Source: Deltaproteobacteria bacterium
GTDB taxonomy: Bacteria > Desulfobacterota > Desulfobulbia > Desulfobulbales > SURF-16
Assembly: GCA_024277655.1 (NCBI GenBank)
Contig: JAJRUT010000117.1
Location: forward strand, 1 to 62,327
Length of the DNA stretch: 62,327 bases
Direction of reading: 5' to 3'
Positions 11,453-20,346 of this stretch are shown here, piece after piece; the first letter of the stretch is position 1, and each line of letters opens with the position of its first letter. Under the pieces are notes generated by a model, which saw only the letters and a list, made by a program, of their open reading frames with translations, did no database searches and was not told where the DNA came from. A program made the translations under genes and the position numbers.

Positions 11453-11698
11453 CCAGTAGTGTCCGGATAGAAGGTTTTGTATATTGAGTCCGGATTTTTA
11501 TGCCCCTTTAGGGAGCGTCATTCTGCAAATTTCGTAGTATTTTCTTAACATTTTTGTCTTCCATTTTTTCTGTCGTGGCGAGAGACTCGCATGATTAAAA
11601 TGGGCGACAAAAATGTTTGAAAATCAAGAAATGTGGAGCCTAAGCGGAGTAAAGGGGCATAAAAATGCCCTCGAAAGTTCTTAACGGACATTAACTGG
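11453..11698. mobile_element. MITE-like 246-bp foldback element with imperfect terminal inverted repeats and flanking direct repeat
   Basis: Ends are CCAGTAGTGTCCGGATAGAA ... TTCTTAACGGACATTAACTGG (inverted, imperfect). Both sides are flanked by ATAAAAT (11446-11452 and 11699-11705). Internal arms share ATTTTTATGCCCCTTTA, AACATTTTTGTC and CCATTTT in inverted orientation around a central GCGAG-AGA-CTCGC hairpin. Confidence 0.45.
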
Positions 11699-11904
11699 AT
11701 AAAATCCGAAAAACCCTACCTTCATCTCCCCCCCCAACTCAAAAATAAAAAAAACCGAAAACCTCATGATTTTGTAGCTTTTTTTCTATTTCTACGTTAT
11801 TTTCCGCGAGTTTGTCTGCAATTTGCTTGGATTTTTCTGCCCAAATAAGGCAAGATGGGCACTCCCCCCTTTACTTAAGGGTAAAATACGCTGTTTTTTT
11901 AACC

Positions 11905-11962
11905 ACGAAAACAGGATGGGCACGAAGAAAAGACAACTCAATATTCGTGCCCATCCTGTCTT
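11905..11962 (+). promoter_or_regulatory. long perfect inverted repeat / leader hairpin upstream of PFOR
   Basis: ACAGGATGGGCACGAA (11911-11926) and TTCGTGCCCATCCTGT (11944-11959) are perfect 16-bp complements, extendable with one mismatch, separated by 17 nt. They end about 60 nt before the PFOR ATG. Confidence 0.5.
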
Positions 11963-12021
11963 CGTAGTGAATACGAATTTAACATTTTATACGTAATAAT
12001 AACTTTAACTTAGGAGTAATT

Positions 12022-15000
12022 ATGTCTCGGAAAATGGTAACCATCGACGGTAACCAGGCATGTACCCACGTTGCCTATGCGACCAGCGAAGTAATCACAA
12101 TCTACCCCATCACCCCTTCAACCTCCATGGCGGCTGAATCCGACGCAAAAGCCACAGCCCACCAGGAAAACATCTGGGGTTCGCAACCCGTTGTAACCCA
12201 GATGCAATCTGAAGGTGGTGTTGCCGGTTCCCTGCACGGTTCTCTTGCCTCAGGTGCCCTTTGCACAACCTTTACCGCATCTCAGGGTCTGCTTCTATTA
12301 CTCCCCAACATGTACAAGATTGCCGGTGAACTTACTCCTACCGTATTCCACATCACCGCACGTTCCATCGCCTGTCAGGGTCTGTCAATTTTTGGTGACC
12401 ACTCTGACATTAACGCTGCCCGCCAAACTGGTTGGGGTATGCTTTGCTCGCAAAACGTGCAGGAATGTCAGGACATGGCTCTTATATCCACGCAATCTAC
12501 ATTAGAGTCCCGCATTCCATTTATGCATTTCTTTGATGGTTTCCGTACCTCTGCTGAAATTCAGAAAATTGAGCAACTCACCAATGATGATATGCTTGAG
12601 ATGATCGATGAAGATCTTATCATTGCCCATCGTGAGCGTGCTTTGACTCCAGACCGGCCAACCATGCGTGGTACTGCCCAAAACCCTGATGTATATTTCA
12701 CTGGTCGCGAGACAGTAAACAAGTTCTACAATGCAACTCCAGCCATCGTCCAAAAAAACATGGACAAGTTTGCCAAGATGACAGGACGTCAGTACAACCT
12801 CTTTGATTACCATGGATCCCCAGACGCCACCGACGTTATCGTTATGATGGGTTCTGGTGCTGAGACTGTTGCTGCCACCATCGACTTCCTTGCAGTAGGC
12901 GGCGCTAAACTTGGTCTGGTTATTGTTCGCCTCTTGCGCCCATTTGACTCAAAGGCCATGGTTAACGCCCTGCCATCCACAGTTAAACGTATCACCGTTC
13001 TTGATCGTACCAAAGAACCTGGTGCTGCCGGTGAGCCTCTGTACCTCGATATCCGTTGCGCCGTTGGTGAAGCCGCCGAGGCAAATTCTGCCGTCTGCCA
13101 ACCAATCATCCTCTCCGGTCGTTTTGGTCTGGGTTCTGCAGAATTTACCCCTACCATGGTTAAGTCCGTATTTGATAACATGGCTGGCATGGCTCCTAAA
13201 AACCACTTCTGTGTTGGACCAAATGACGACGTAACCTTCTCGTCCCTCGCCTATGATCGTGATTTCTCCATTGAAGGCGACAACGTATACCGCGCCATGT
13301 TCTACGGTTTGGGTTCTGACGGTACCGTTGGTGCCAACAAGAACAGTATCAAGATCATTGGTGGTGAAACTGAGAACTCTGCCCAGGGTTACTTTGTTTA
13401 TGACTCCAAAAAGTCTGGCTCCCTCACCACTTCCCACCTGCGTTTTGGTGAGAATCAGGTTGTGGCTCCTTATCTTATTAATAGGGCCAACTTCATTGCC
13501 TGTCATAACCCGACCTTCCTTGACCAATATGATATGGTTGGCAACCTGGAAGAAGGCGGAACCTTCCTCCTCACCACCACCCACGATGCAAAGTCAGTAT
13601 GGAAGTCTCTTCCAGGTTCAGTTCAGGCCAGTCTCATTGATAAGAAGATCAACTTCTACATCATCGATGCTCTGGCGCTCGGTGCGGCCCTCGGCCTTGG
13701 CGCGCGCATCAATATGATCATGCAAACCGCGTTTTTCCTTATCTCTGGAATTCTGACAAAAGATGAGTCCATCAGGGCCATTAAAGATGCCATCAAGAAG
13801 ACCTACGGCAAGAAGGGCGATAAAGTTGTGCAGATGAACTATGACGCCGTTGACGGTGCCATTGAAAATATCGTTAAAGTGAAGCTTGGCAAGTCTACTA
13901 AAGGTCATGCTCTTCCTGAAACCGTTCCTGCCGATGCCCCGGAGTTTGTTCGTGAAGTTACAGCCCAGATGATCCGTGGCAAGGGTGACCAGATCAAGGT
14001 CTCTGAATTCCCTAATGATGGGACATGGCCAACAGCCACAACCCAATACGAGAAACGTAACATCGCCGTTATGGTTCCTGAGTGGAAGTCTGAAAACTGT
14101 ATCCAATGTGGCAAGTGTTCATTTGTTTGTCCCCACGCTGCTATCCGTCTCAAGGTTATCTCCAAGGCAAAGGGTTCCACCCCCAAGAGCTTTAAGACTA
14201 TCGACGCCGTTGGTAAAGATTTCAAAGGATCTGCATTTGCAATCCAGGTATTCACTGAAGATTGTTGTGGTTGTAGTCTCTGTGTTGATACTTGCCCAGG
14301 CAAGAAAGGCAACAAGGCACTTGAAATGATCAAAAACACCGAAGAATTGAAGAAGGTTCAACAGAAGAACGTGAAGTACTTCCTGAGCCAGGCTGAGATT
14401 GATCCAGCATTAATCAATCACGCCACCATCAAGGGAAGTCAGCTTCTCCGTCCACTCTTTGAGTTCTCCGGTGCGTGTGCCGGTTGTGGTGAGACACCAT
14501 ACATCAAGCTTGTAACCCAGATGTTCGGTGACCGCATGATGATCGCCAACGCTACAGGTTGTTCCTCCATTTACGGTGGTAACCTGCCAACCACACCTTA
14601 TTGTAAGCGCGATGACGGTCGTGGACCTGCCTGGGCAAACTCTCTGTTTGAAGATAATGCCGAATTTGGTCTTGGCATGCGTGCTGCGATTAACAAGCTT
14701 TCCGCCCAGGCTGTAGAGCTTATGGAAAAAGCTGTTGCCGCAAAACTCATCCCCACGAAAATGGCTGACGAGATCCTTGATGCTGAGCAAACAACCCAGA
14801 TGGATATTGAGGCACAACGTGAACGCATTGGCAAATTAAAGTCCAAACTTGGCGGCAAGGACAATGTCATTGCTAAACGTCTCATGCCTCTGGTTGATTA
14901 CCTTGTGAAGAAGTCCTGCTGGATCTTCGGTGGTGACGGCTGGGCCTATGATATCGGTTACGGTGGTCTTGACCACGTACTGGCATCCGGTGAGAACGTT

Positions 15001-15567
15001 AATGTTATGATCCTTGATACTGAGGTTTATTCCAACACCGGTGGTCAGATGTCCAAGTCTACTCCTCGTGCGGCGACAGCGCAATTTGCTGCTGGTGGCA
15101 AGAAAATGCCTAAGAAAGATATCGGCATGATATTCTCAACCTACGGTAATGTCTATGTTGCCAAGGTAAATATGGGTGCAAACCCTGCCCATGTTGCCAA
15201 GTGTATTGCTGAGGCCGAAGCGTATGATGGACCAAGTCTCATCATCGCTTACTCACATTGCATTAACCATGGTATCAACATGACTAAAGGTCTCCAGCAA
15301 CAGAAGATGGCCGTTGACTGTGGTCACTGGCCTCTTTACAGCTACAACCCTGAGCTTGAAGCTGCTGGCAAAAACCCTTTGAAGATTGTCTCCAAAGAGC
15401 CCACCATAAAGTTCGAAGAATATGCCCTGACTGAAAACCGTTACCGCATGCTGAAGATGATGAACCCTGAGGATGCTGATTCCCTCATGGCCATGGCCCA
15501 GGCGGATGTTGAGAAATCTCTCAAATTCCTCCACGGTCGAGCGACAGCTTTAGAGCCTTCTAAGTAA
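12022..15567 (+). CDS. nifJ: pyruvate:ferredoxin (flavodoxin) oxidoreductase, single-polypeptide type
   Basis: 1181-aa ORF. Two ferredoxin-type CxxCxxCxxxCP motifs (CIQCGKCSFVCP, CCGCSLCVDTCP) and a TPP-binding region (GGDGWAYDIGYGGLDH). AGGAG RBS before the ATG. Confidence 0.95.
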   Translation: MSRKMVTIDGNQACTHVAYATSEVITIYPITPSTSMAAESDAKATAHQENIWGSQPVVTQMQSEGGVAGSLHGSLASGALCTTFTASQGLLLLLPNMYKIAGELTPTVFHITARSIACQGLSIFGDHSDINAARQTGWGMLCSQNVQECQDMALISTQSTLESRIPFMHFFDGFRTSAEIQKIEQLTNDDMLEMIDEDLIIAHRERALTPDRPTMRGTAQNPDVYFTGRETVNKFYNATPAIVQKNMDKFAKMTGRQYNLFDYHGSPDATDVIVMMGSGAETVAATIDFLAVGGAKLGLVIVRLLRPFDSKAMVNALPSTVKRITVLDRTKEPGAAGEPLYLDIRCAVGEAAEANSAVCQPIILSGRFGLGSAEFTPTMVKSVFDNMAGMAPKNHFCVGPNDDVTFSSLAYDRDFSIEGDNVYRAMFYGLGSDGTVGANKNSIKIIGGETENSAQGYFVYDSKKSGSLTTSHLRFGENQVVAPYLINRANFIACHNPTFLDQYDMVGNLEEGGTFLLTTTHDAKSVWKSLPGSVQASLIDKKINFYIIDALALGAALGLGARINMIMQTAFFLISGILTKDESIRAIKDAIKKTYGKKGDKVVQMNYDAVDGAIENIVKVKLGKSTKGHALPETVPADAPEFVREVTAQMIRGKGDQIKVSEFPNDGTWPTATTQYEKRNIAVMVPEWKSENCIQCGKCSFVCPHAAIRLKVISKAKGSTPKSFKTIDAVGKDFKGSAFAIQVFTEDCCGCSLCVDTCPGKKGNKALEMIKNTEELKKVQQKNVKYFLSQAEIDPALINHATIKGSQLLRPLFEFSGACAGCGETPYIKLVTQMFGDRMMIANATGCSSIYGGNLPTTPYCKRDDGRGPAWANSLFEDNAEFGLGMRAAINKLSAQAVELMEKAVAAKLIPTKMADEILDAEQTTQMDIEAQRERIGKLKSKLGGKDNVIAKRLMPLVDYLVKKSCWIFGGDGWAYDIGYGGLDHVLASGENVNVMILDTEVYSNTGGQMSKSTPRAATAQFAAGGKKMPKKDIGMIFSTYGNVYVAKVNMGANPAHVAKCIAEAEAYDGPSLIIAYSHCINHGINMTKGLQQQKMAVDCGHWPLYSYNPELEAAGKNPLKIVSKEPTIKFEEYALTENRYRMLKMMNPEDADSLMAMAQADVEKSLKFLHGRATALEPSK

Positions 15568-15706
15568 TTCTTTACATTAGTAACTTACTTTGCACCTTCT
15601 TAGATAAACAAGAAGGTGCAAAAGGAGTCTTAAGATGATTTATTTCACAATAACTCCCAGTTACTTATACCCTTGCGGTACAAGATAGACTCTGCTGTTA
15701 GTAAAG

Positions 15707-15743
15707 GGGCTGATAATCTTTTGATTATCAGCCCCTTTTTTTA
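15707..15743 (+). terminator. rho-independent terminator after PFOR
   Basis: GGGGCTGATAATC-TTTT-GATTATCAGCCCC followed by a T7 run. Confidence 0.8.
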
Positions 15744-15784
15744 TTTTTCTGAACCACCTACTTTTCACTCAAGGTTTAATACCA

Positions 15785-16303
15785 GTGCTTGCCAACGACA
15801 TCCTGCGAAAAATCCGCTACTCCTTAAATCTTAAAGATAAGGAGATGATCAAAATCTTTCATCTGGCCCAGGAAGAGATGGATCATGCCACCTTGCGCCC
15901 TTTACTCAAAAAGGAAGAACAACAAGACTTCGAGCTTTGTTCGCAACTTCTCCTCAACAGTTTTTTTGATGGCCTCATCACCTTTTACCGGGGCCCAGCC
16001 AAAACCACCGTCCCCAAGACTCGAATTCTCGATATCAGCAACAACGTTATTTTAAGAAAAATCAGGATTGCCCTGGCTTATAAAGATACGGATATGCTTG
16101 AGGTCTTTAAACTAAATGGCACTACTCTATCAAAACCTGAACTCTCCGCTTTTTTCAGAAAGAAAGAGCATAAACATTATAAAAAATGTGGAGACCAATG
16201 GTTGCGCCATTTTCTCCATGGTCTGGCGTTGTATAAAAAAAGACCCACCCGGACGGAGACGGTTTCGGTAAAGGGCAATGTCTGGTTGCGCCGGAAGAAA
16301 TAG
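15785..16303 (+). CDS. DUF1456 (YehS-like) protein
   Basis: 172-aa ORF with a GTG start. The N-terminus MLANDILRKIRYSL resembles E. coli YehS (MLSNDILRSVRY). A second internal repeat reads NNVILRKIRIAL. Confidence 0.72.
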   Translation: MLANDILRKIRYSLNLKDKEMIKIFHLAQEEMDHATLRPLLKKEEQQDFELCSQLLLNSFFDGLITFYRGPAKTTVPKTRILDISNNVILRKIRIALAYKDTDMLEVFKLNGTTLSKPELSAFFRKKEHKHYKKCGDQWLRHFLHGLALYKKRPTRTETVSVKGNVWLRRKK

Positions 16304-16388
16304 AGGGGAAGTTTATAAGGAGTAAAATAATCCTGTCTATCCTGTCCATCCATGTAAATCGAATAGCTACACATCGTTAACCACAATC

Positions 16389-17192
16389 ATGCCCAGCAAA
16401 CTCACCCCCCTGGAAATATACAAAATCACCCCAAAAACAAATTGCCGTAAATGTCTGTTACCCTCATGTCTGGCATTTTCTGCCGCGGTTGTGGCGGGGT
16501 CAAAAAAACTTAAAGAATGTCCCCATCTTAAATCTGAAGACATTCAGCCTTTAGAAAAACAACTTGCCAAAACCCAGGAGCAACCAGCCTTGCAGGCGGC
16601 GTTTCTTGACAAACTTAAAGGAAAAGTTGCCCGCCTCGATTTTCCTAAAATTGCCAAGGTTTTAGGCTGTACCGTGCTGGGAGATGAGCTTAGCATCATT
16701 TCTCTCGGTAAAAAATTTAACATCGACAGCCAAGGCAGGATGACCTCTGAATGCCATATCATCCCCTGGGTGCAGGCGCCGATACTGAGCTACATTACCC
16801 ATAAAACCCACATGGACATTACGGGCAACTGGATTTCATTCAGGGAACTAAAAGGCGGGATTGACTGGCAAGGCTTATTTACCAGTCGCTGCGAGCAACC
16901 ACTTTGCAAACTTGCCGACCGCAATCCCGAGCTCCTTACCGACCTGATCGATCTTTTTATGGGTCAGGAGACGGACACCAAAAGATATGAGGCTGACATC
17001 GGACTCATCCTCCATCCCCTGCCCCATATCCCAATTCTCATCTGTTACCAAGAGGCGGATGCCGATCTTGAATCATCCCTCAGCATATTCTTTGATGAAT
17101 GTTGCGGCCATAATCTTCATATCAAGTCAATTTATACCCTCTGTGCCGGACTCGTGAAGATGTTTGAGCATATTGCCCTGCGTCACGAATAA
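16389..17192 (+). CDS. Fe-S cluster domain plus DUF3786-like protein
   Basis: 267-aa ORF. The N-terminal CRKCLLPSCLAFSAAV...CPHL resembles the putative Fe-S domain seen in RnfB and the corrinoid Fe-S protein. The remainder resembles DUF3786 as I recall it. Confidence 0.55.
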   Translation: MPSKLTPLEIYKITPKTNCRKCLLPSCLAFSAAVVAGSKKLKECPHLKSEDIQPLEKQLAKTQEQPALQAAFLDKLKGKVARLDFPKIAKVLGCTVLGDELSIISLGKKFNIDSQGRMTSECHIIPWVQAPILSYITHKTHMDITGNWISFRELKGGIDWQGLFTSRCEQPLCKLADRNPELLTDLIDLFMGQETDTKRYEADIGLILHPLPHIPILICYQEADADLESSLSIFFDECCGHNLHIKSIYTLCAGLVKMFEHIALRHE

Positions 17193-17444
17193 AGCACCGC
17201 ATCTAACACAGCCACACCTCTGTCTATTAGGGTGAATGAACAATTTTACCTCTACAAAACTAACCCAGCTACCCCAAAATAAGATGTTAAATATCATGGC
17301 AGCGTAACCGCGAAAACAGCGGCACCCTCAACCATATCTAACCTTCTATAGTTGCATCAATTTTACAACATCAGCCCTCTTTTGAATGAACAGGTAAAAC
17401 CTTAAACCAGCAGTACTGGATCAAATCAACCCTCCACAACCTCC

Positions 17445-17473
17445 TTGACATTTATACCATTTACGATTGTAAT
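17445..17473 (+). promoter_or_regulatory. sigma-70-type promoter
   Basis: TTGACA (17445-17450), 17-nt spacer, TGTAAT (17468-17473). About 90 nt upstream of the GTG at 17565. Confidence 0.45.
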
Positions 17474-17564
17474 CAGCGCAAGGGCAAATTGTAAGAAGCA
17501 AGATTTACTACCGTAACATTGTTCAAAATGAACGACCTTATCAAACTTGAAAAGGGAGGTTATT

Positions 17565-19118
17565 GTGCTATCTTCGATTTTCCTAAACATTGTCCCCGGT
17601 CGTCCTGACCTATCACTCTTCTGTGTCTTCATTCTTCTAGCTACTCTGCTCTACTTCGCCAGGGTTCCAGCCCACCAAAGCATCAGATCGTTTTTCCGGG
17701 TTATGAAGAATTTTATGCGTCTTGCAGCCTGCTCTGTACTCAGAGCCGAGCTGAGACTCGCCGAACGCAACAAGGAAGTCCTCAAAGCTGAGGGACTGGA
17801 AAACATCCATCGTGAATTAGATCGTGAATTTCACCGGGTTGGTTTGGTGGTTGAGCGAGATTTGCAGGGGTATCCTGTCCTCAATCGGAAACTCTCAGAA
17901 CAGATAGAGAAAATTGATCAAGACTACAGCGACAGCAATGAAGTCCCCCCCACCCCACCTATCTGGATCAATGCCGTGGATGCCATCGCCAAACTTTCCA
18001 AGGAGAGTGGTGAGGGTATGGTGAAACAGATCCTCACCGACATCCATAAAACCATTGAACGCCAACAAAAAGGCGCCATGGTGGAATATTGGAAGAGCAC
18101 CAACAAGCGCCACAAGATTATGAGTCGCATGATGCCATACTGGCGCAAAGTCACCATGATTTTGTCTGAAGTCGGCTCCACCATGGATGGCTTACAGGAT
18201 CGGGCCCTGGCCATCGATAAAAAAATGCAGGAATATGAGGACGTTAAGAAAAACACGAATGGTGCTCTGATCAAGCTCCACTCAGCCTCCTCTACCCAGT
18301 TTTTCATCGACAGTTTCTGGATAATGGTTGCGATCGGCGGGATTTTCGTTAATTTCCATCTTATTTCCCTACCCATGAGCGAAATGGTGGGTGGCAACAG
18401 CCGCATCGGCGGGATCCAGGTGAACCAGATCGCCGCCCTCGTCTTTATTCTTTTTGAAGTCTTTGCCGGTATGGCTCTGATGGAAGCCCTTCGCATCACC
18501 AAACTCTTCCCCATTATCGGCCAGATGGATGACAAGAAACGTACCATTGTCGCCTATATTGCCTTTAGCATTGTTATTCTCTTTGCCATGGGAGAATCGG
18601 CCCTAGCCTATATGCGTGATATCATTGCCGCAAACAATGAAGCCCTCAAACAGTCGCTCTTTGTCGGGGAGGATCAGGAAGGACTCCAGGTAGCTAGGTC
18701 TATTATCCCGACTGTGGTACAAATGGGACTTGGATTCTTACTGCCGATTATCCTAGTTTTTGCCGTTATCCCCCTGGAATCTCTTGTTCATTCCTCTCGG
18801 ACAGTGATCGGTTATCTCATCGAATTCATCCTCCGGGCCTTTGCTGTTATTCTACGGATTATTGGCAATATTTTTTACTACATGGGTTCTGTCATCATCA
18901 GTCTCTATGATTTATTCATTTTCTTCCCATTATGGCTTGAAAACCTGGTCAAAGGTTACATATCCGCAAAGCAGATTAGACCACCAAGTGTTGCTTTCGA
19001 AAAAGAAGAACCCGCCATACCCCAAACCCATGAGATTAAAGATGAAAAAGACACTGAAATAAAAGAGAAACCCAAGGCTAAAAAAACTCCCAAAAAATCC
19101 ACCAAGAAATCATCATAA
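17565..19118 (+). CDS. uncharacterized multi-pass membrane protein with long coiled-coil-like loop and Lys-rich tail
   Basis: Long ORF. The preferred start is GTG 17565, preceded by GGGAGG (17554-17559). An N-terminal hydrophobic segment is followed by a charged region of about 200 aa and several hydrophobic helices. C-terminal tail is KEKPKAKKTPKKSTKKSS. I recognise no family. Confidence 0.6.
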   Translation: MLSSIFLNIVPGRPDLSLFCVFILLATLLYFARVPAHQSIRSFFRVMKNFMRLAACSVLRAELRLAERNKEVLKAEGLENIHRELDREFHRVGLVVERDLQGYPVLNRKLSEQIEKIDQDYSDSNEVPPTPPIWINAVDAIAKLSKESGEGMVKQILTDIHKTIERQQKGAMVEYWKSTNKRHKIMSRMMPYWRKVTMILSEVGSTMDGLQDRALAIDKKMQEYEDVKKNTNGALIKLHSASSTQFFIDSFWIMVAIGGIFVNFHLISLPMSEMVGGNSRIGGIQVNQIAALVFILFEVFAGMALMEALRITKLFPIIGQMDDKKRTIVAYIAFSIVILFAMGESALAYMRDIIAANNEALKQSLFVGEDQEGLQVARSIIPTVVQMGLGFLLPIILVFAVIPLESLVHSSRTVIGYLIEFILRAFAVILRIIGNIFYYMGSVIISLYDLFIFFPLWLENLVKGYISAKQIRPPSVAFEKEEPAIPQTHEIKDEKDTEIKEKPKAKKTPKKSTKKSS

Positions 19119-19225
19119 TTTCCAGGAAAATGCCGCGTGAGCCAGCCGCCTTATGGTGAACATAAAACAGTGAGTATTCATTTCGTTTTTAGCTTACTAA
19201 CCCAATGCTTAAGGAACATTCCACA

Positions 19226-19897
19226 ATGAACAAATTCAAAACTGCAACACTTTTTACTATTTTAATCGCTACATCTTTCCTATTCCTATCCGGATGTGGC
19301 CAAAAGGAAGAGGTCAACCACACCAGAGGAGTATATATGCTCCTCGACACCTCTGGTACATATACCCTTGAACTCAAGAAAGCCCAGGGTATCATCAATT
19401 ATCTACTCGGCTCCTTACAGCCTACCGATTCGTTTGCCGTTGCCAGGATTGACTCCGGCAGCTTCAGTGAGAAGGATATTATTCATCGAGTCTCCTTCGA
19501 TAGTCGCCCCTCCGTTGCCACTAACCAGAAAAGAGTTTTTGCCCAAAAAATTGATCTCTTTATTAAAAATGTTAAAGCCGCATCCTATACCGATATTTCC
19601 GGGGGAATGCTGCAGGCAGTGGAATGGCTTAATGAGATCCAGGCCGGAACCAAAATTATCCTTATTTTTTCTGATATGGAAGAAGAGCTTGCCAAGGGAA
19701 ATATCCGCGACTTTCAAATTCCACTAGAGGGCTTTAAAGTCGTTGCCCTAAACGTCACCAAATTACGGGCCGATATCCAGGATCCATCAATCTATCTTAA
19801 CCGGATGAACCGCTGGCGTGAAAAAGTCGAAGCCGGAGGTGGCAGTTTCATGGTGATTAATGACCTTGAACGACTGCAACCTATTTTGGGAGAATAA
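19226..19897 (+). CDS. VWA-domain lipoprotein
   Basis: Signal peptide with lipobox LSGC. MIDAS-like DTSGT...T...SD pattern (LLDTSGT, SYTDISGG, IFSDM). Confidence 0.62.
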   Translation: MNKFKTATLFTILIATSFLFLSGCGQKEEVNHTRGVYMLLDTSGTYTLELKKAQGIINYLLGSLQPTDSFAVARIDSGSFSEKDIIHRVSFDSRPSVATNQKRVFAQKIDLFIKNVKAASYTDISGGMLQAVEWLNEIQAGTKIILIFSDMEEELAKGNIRDFQIPLEGFKVVALNVTKLRADIQDPSIYLNRMNRWREKVEAGGGSFMVINDLERLQPILGE

Positions 19898-19946
19898 CGT
19901 AACGTATCAGACCATTAACCGTAAAGATACATGTTATGTCTCCACA

Positions 19947-19983
19947 TAAAAAATGCGTCTGGCAAGCCCAGGCGCATTTTTTA
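19947..19983 (+). terminator. rho-independent terminator
   Basis: ATGCGTCTGG-CAAGC-CCAGGCGCAT (10 bp including one G-U) followed by TTTTTT. Confidence 0.7.
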
Positions 19984-20346
19984 TACCCATTTCCAGCGCC
20001 ATAATAACAAAACAGCCCCACTTAACTCTTAATAGGTGTTGTGGATCTATTCCAAACCATACACCCTCGGGGGATCTATTCTCCTACCAGAATAAAGACG
20101 CAAAACAGCTTTACCTTCCGCTAATTTCCTGCTTATATACGTGGTCTGTATGATATTATGAGTTTAGGGTATACTGACAAATCTACCAAACAAAACCACC
20201 ATTGCCACTAATCTTCAGGCGGTACCCCCCATGGCAATTACAAAACTGCTTTTGCATCTGTCTGATCACTGCCCAGAGACAAAGAGTGTTGACCGAAGAC
20301 TCTACTATTGAAATAGTGATATACAATAAAAAAATACCGAGTAACC

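Noticed and set aside
12215-15534. Multiple 80-210-aa ORFs on both strands inside the PFOR gene (for example 12949-13584 minus, 13618-14106 minus)
   Set aside because: They are nested in a clearly genuine 1181-aa gene. Their translations have no recognisable motifs and look like shadow ORFs.
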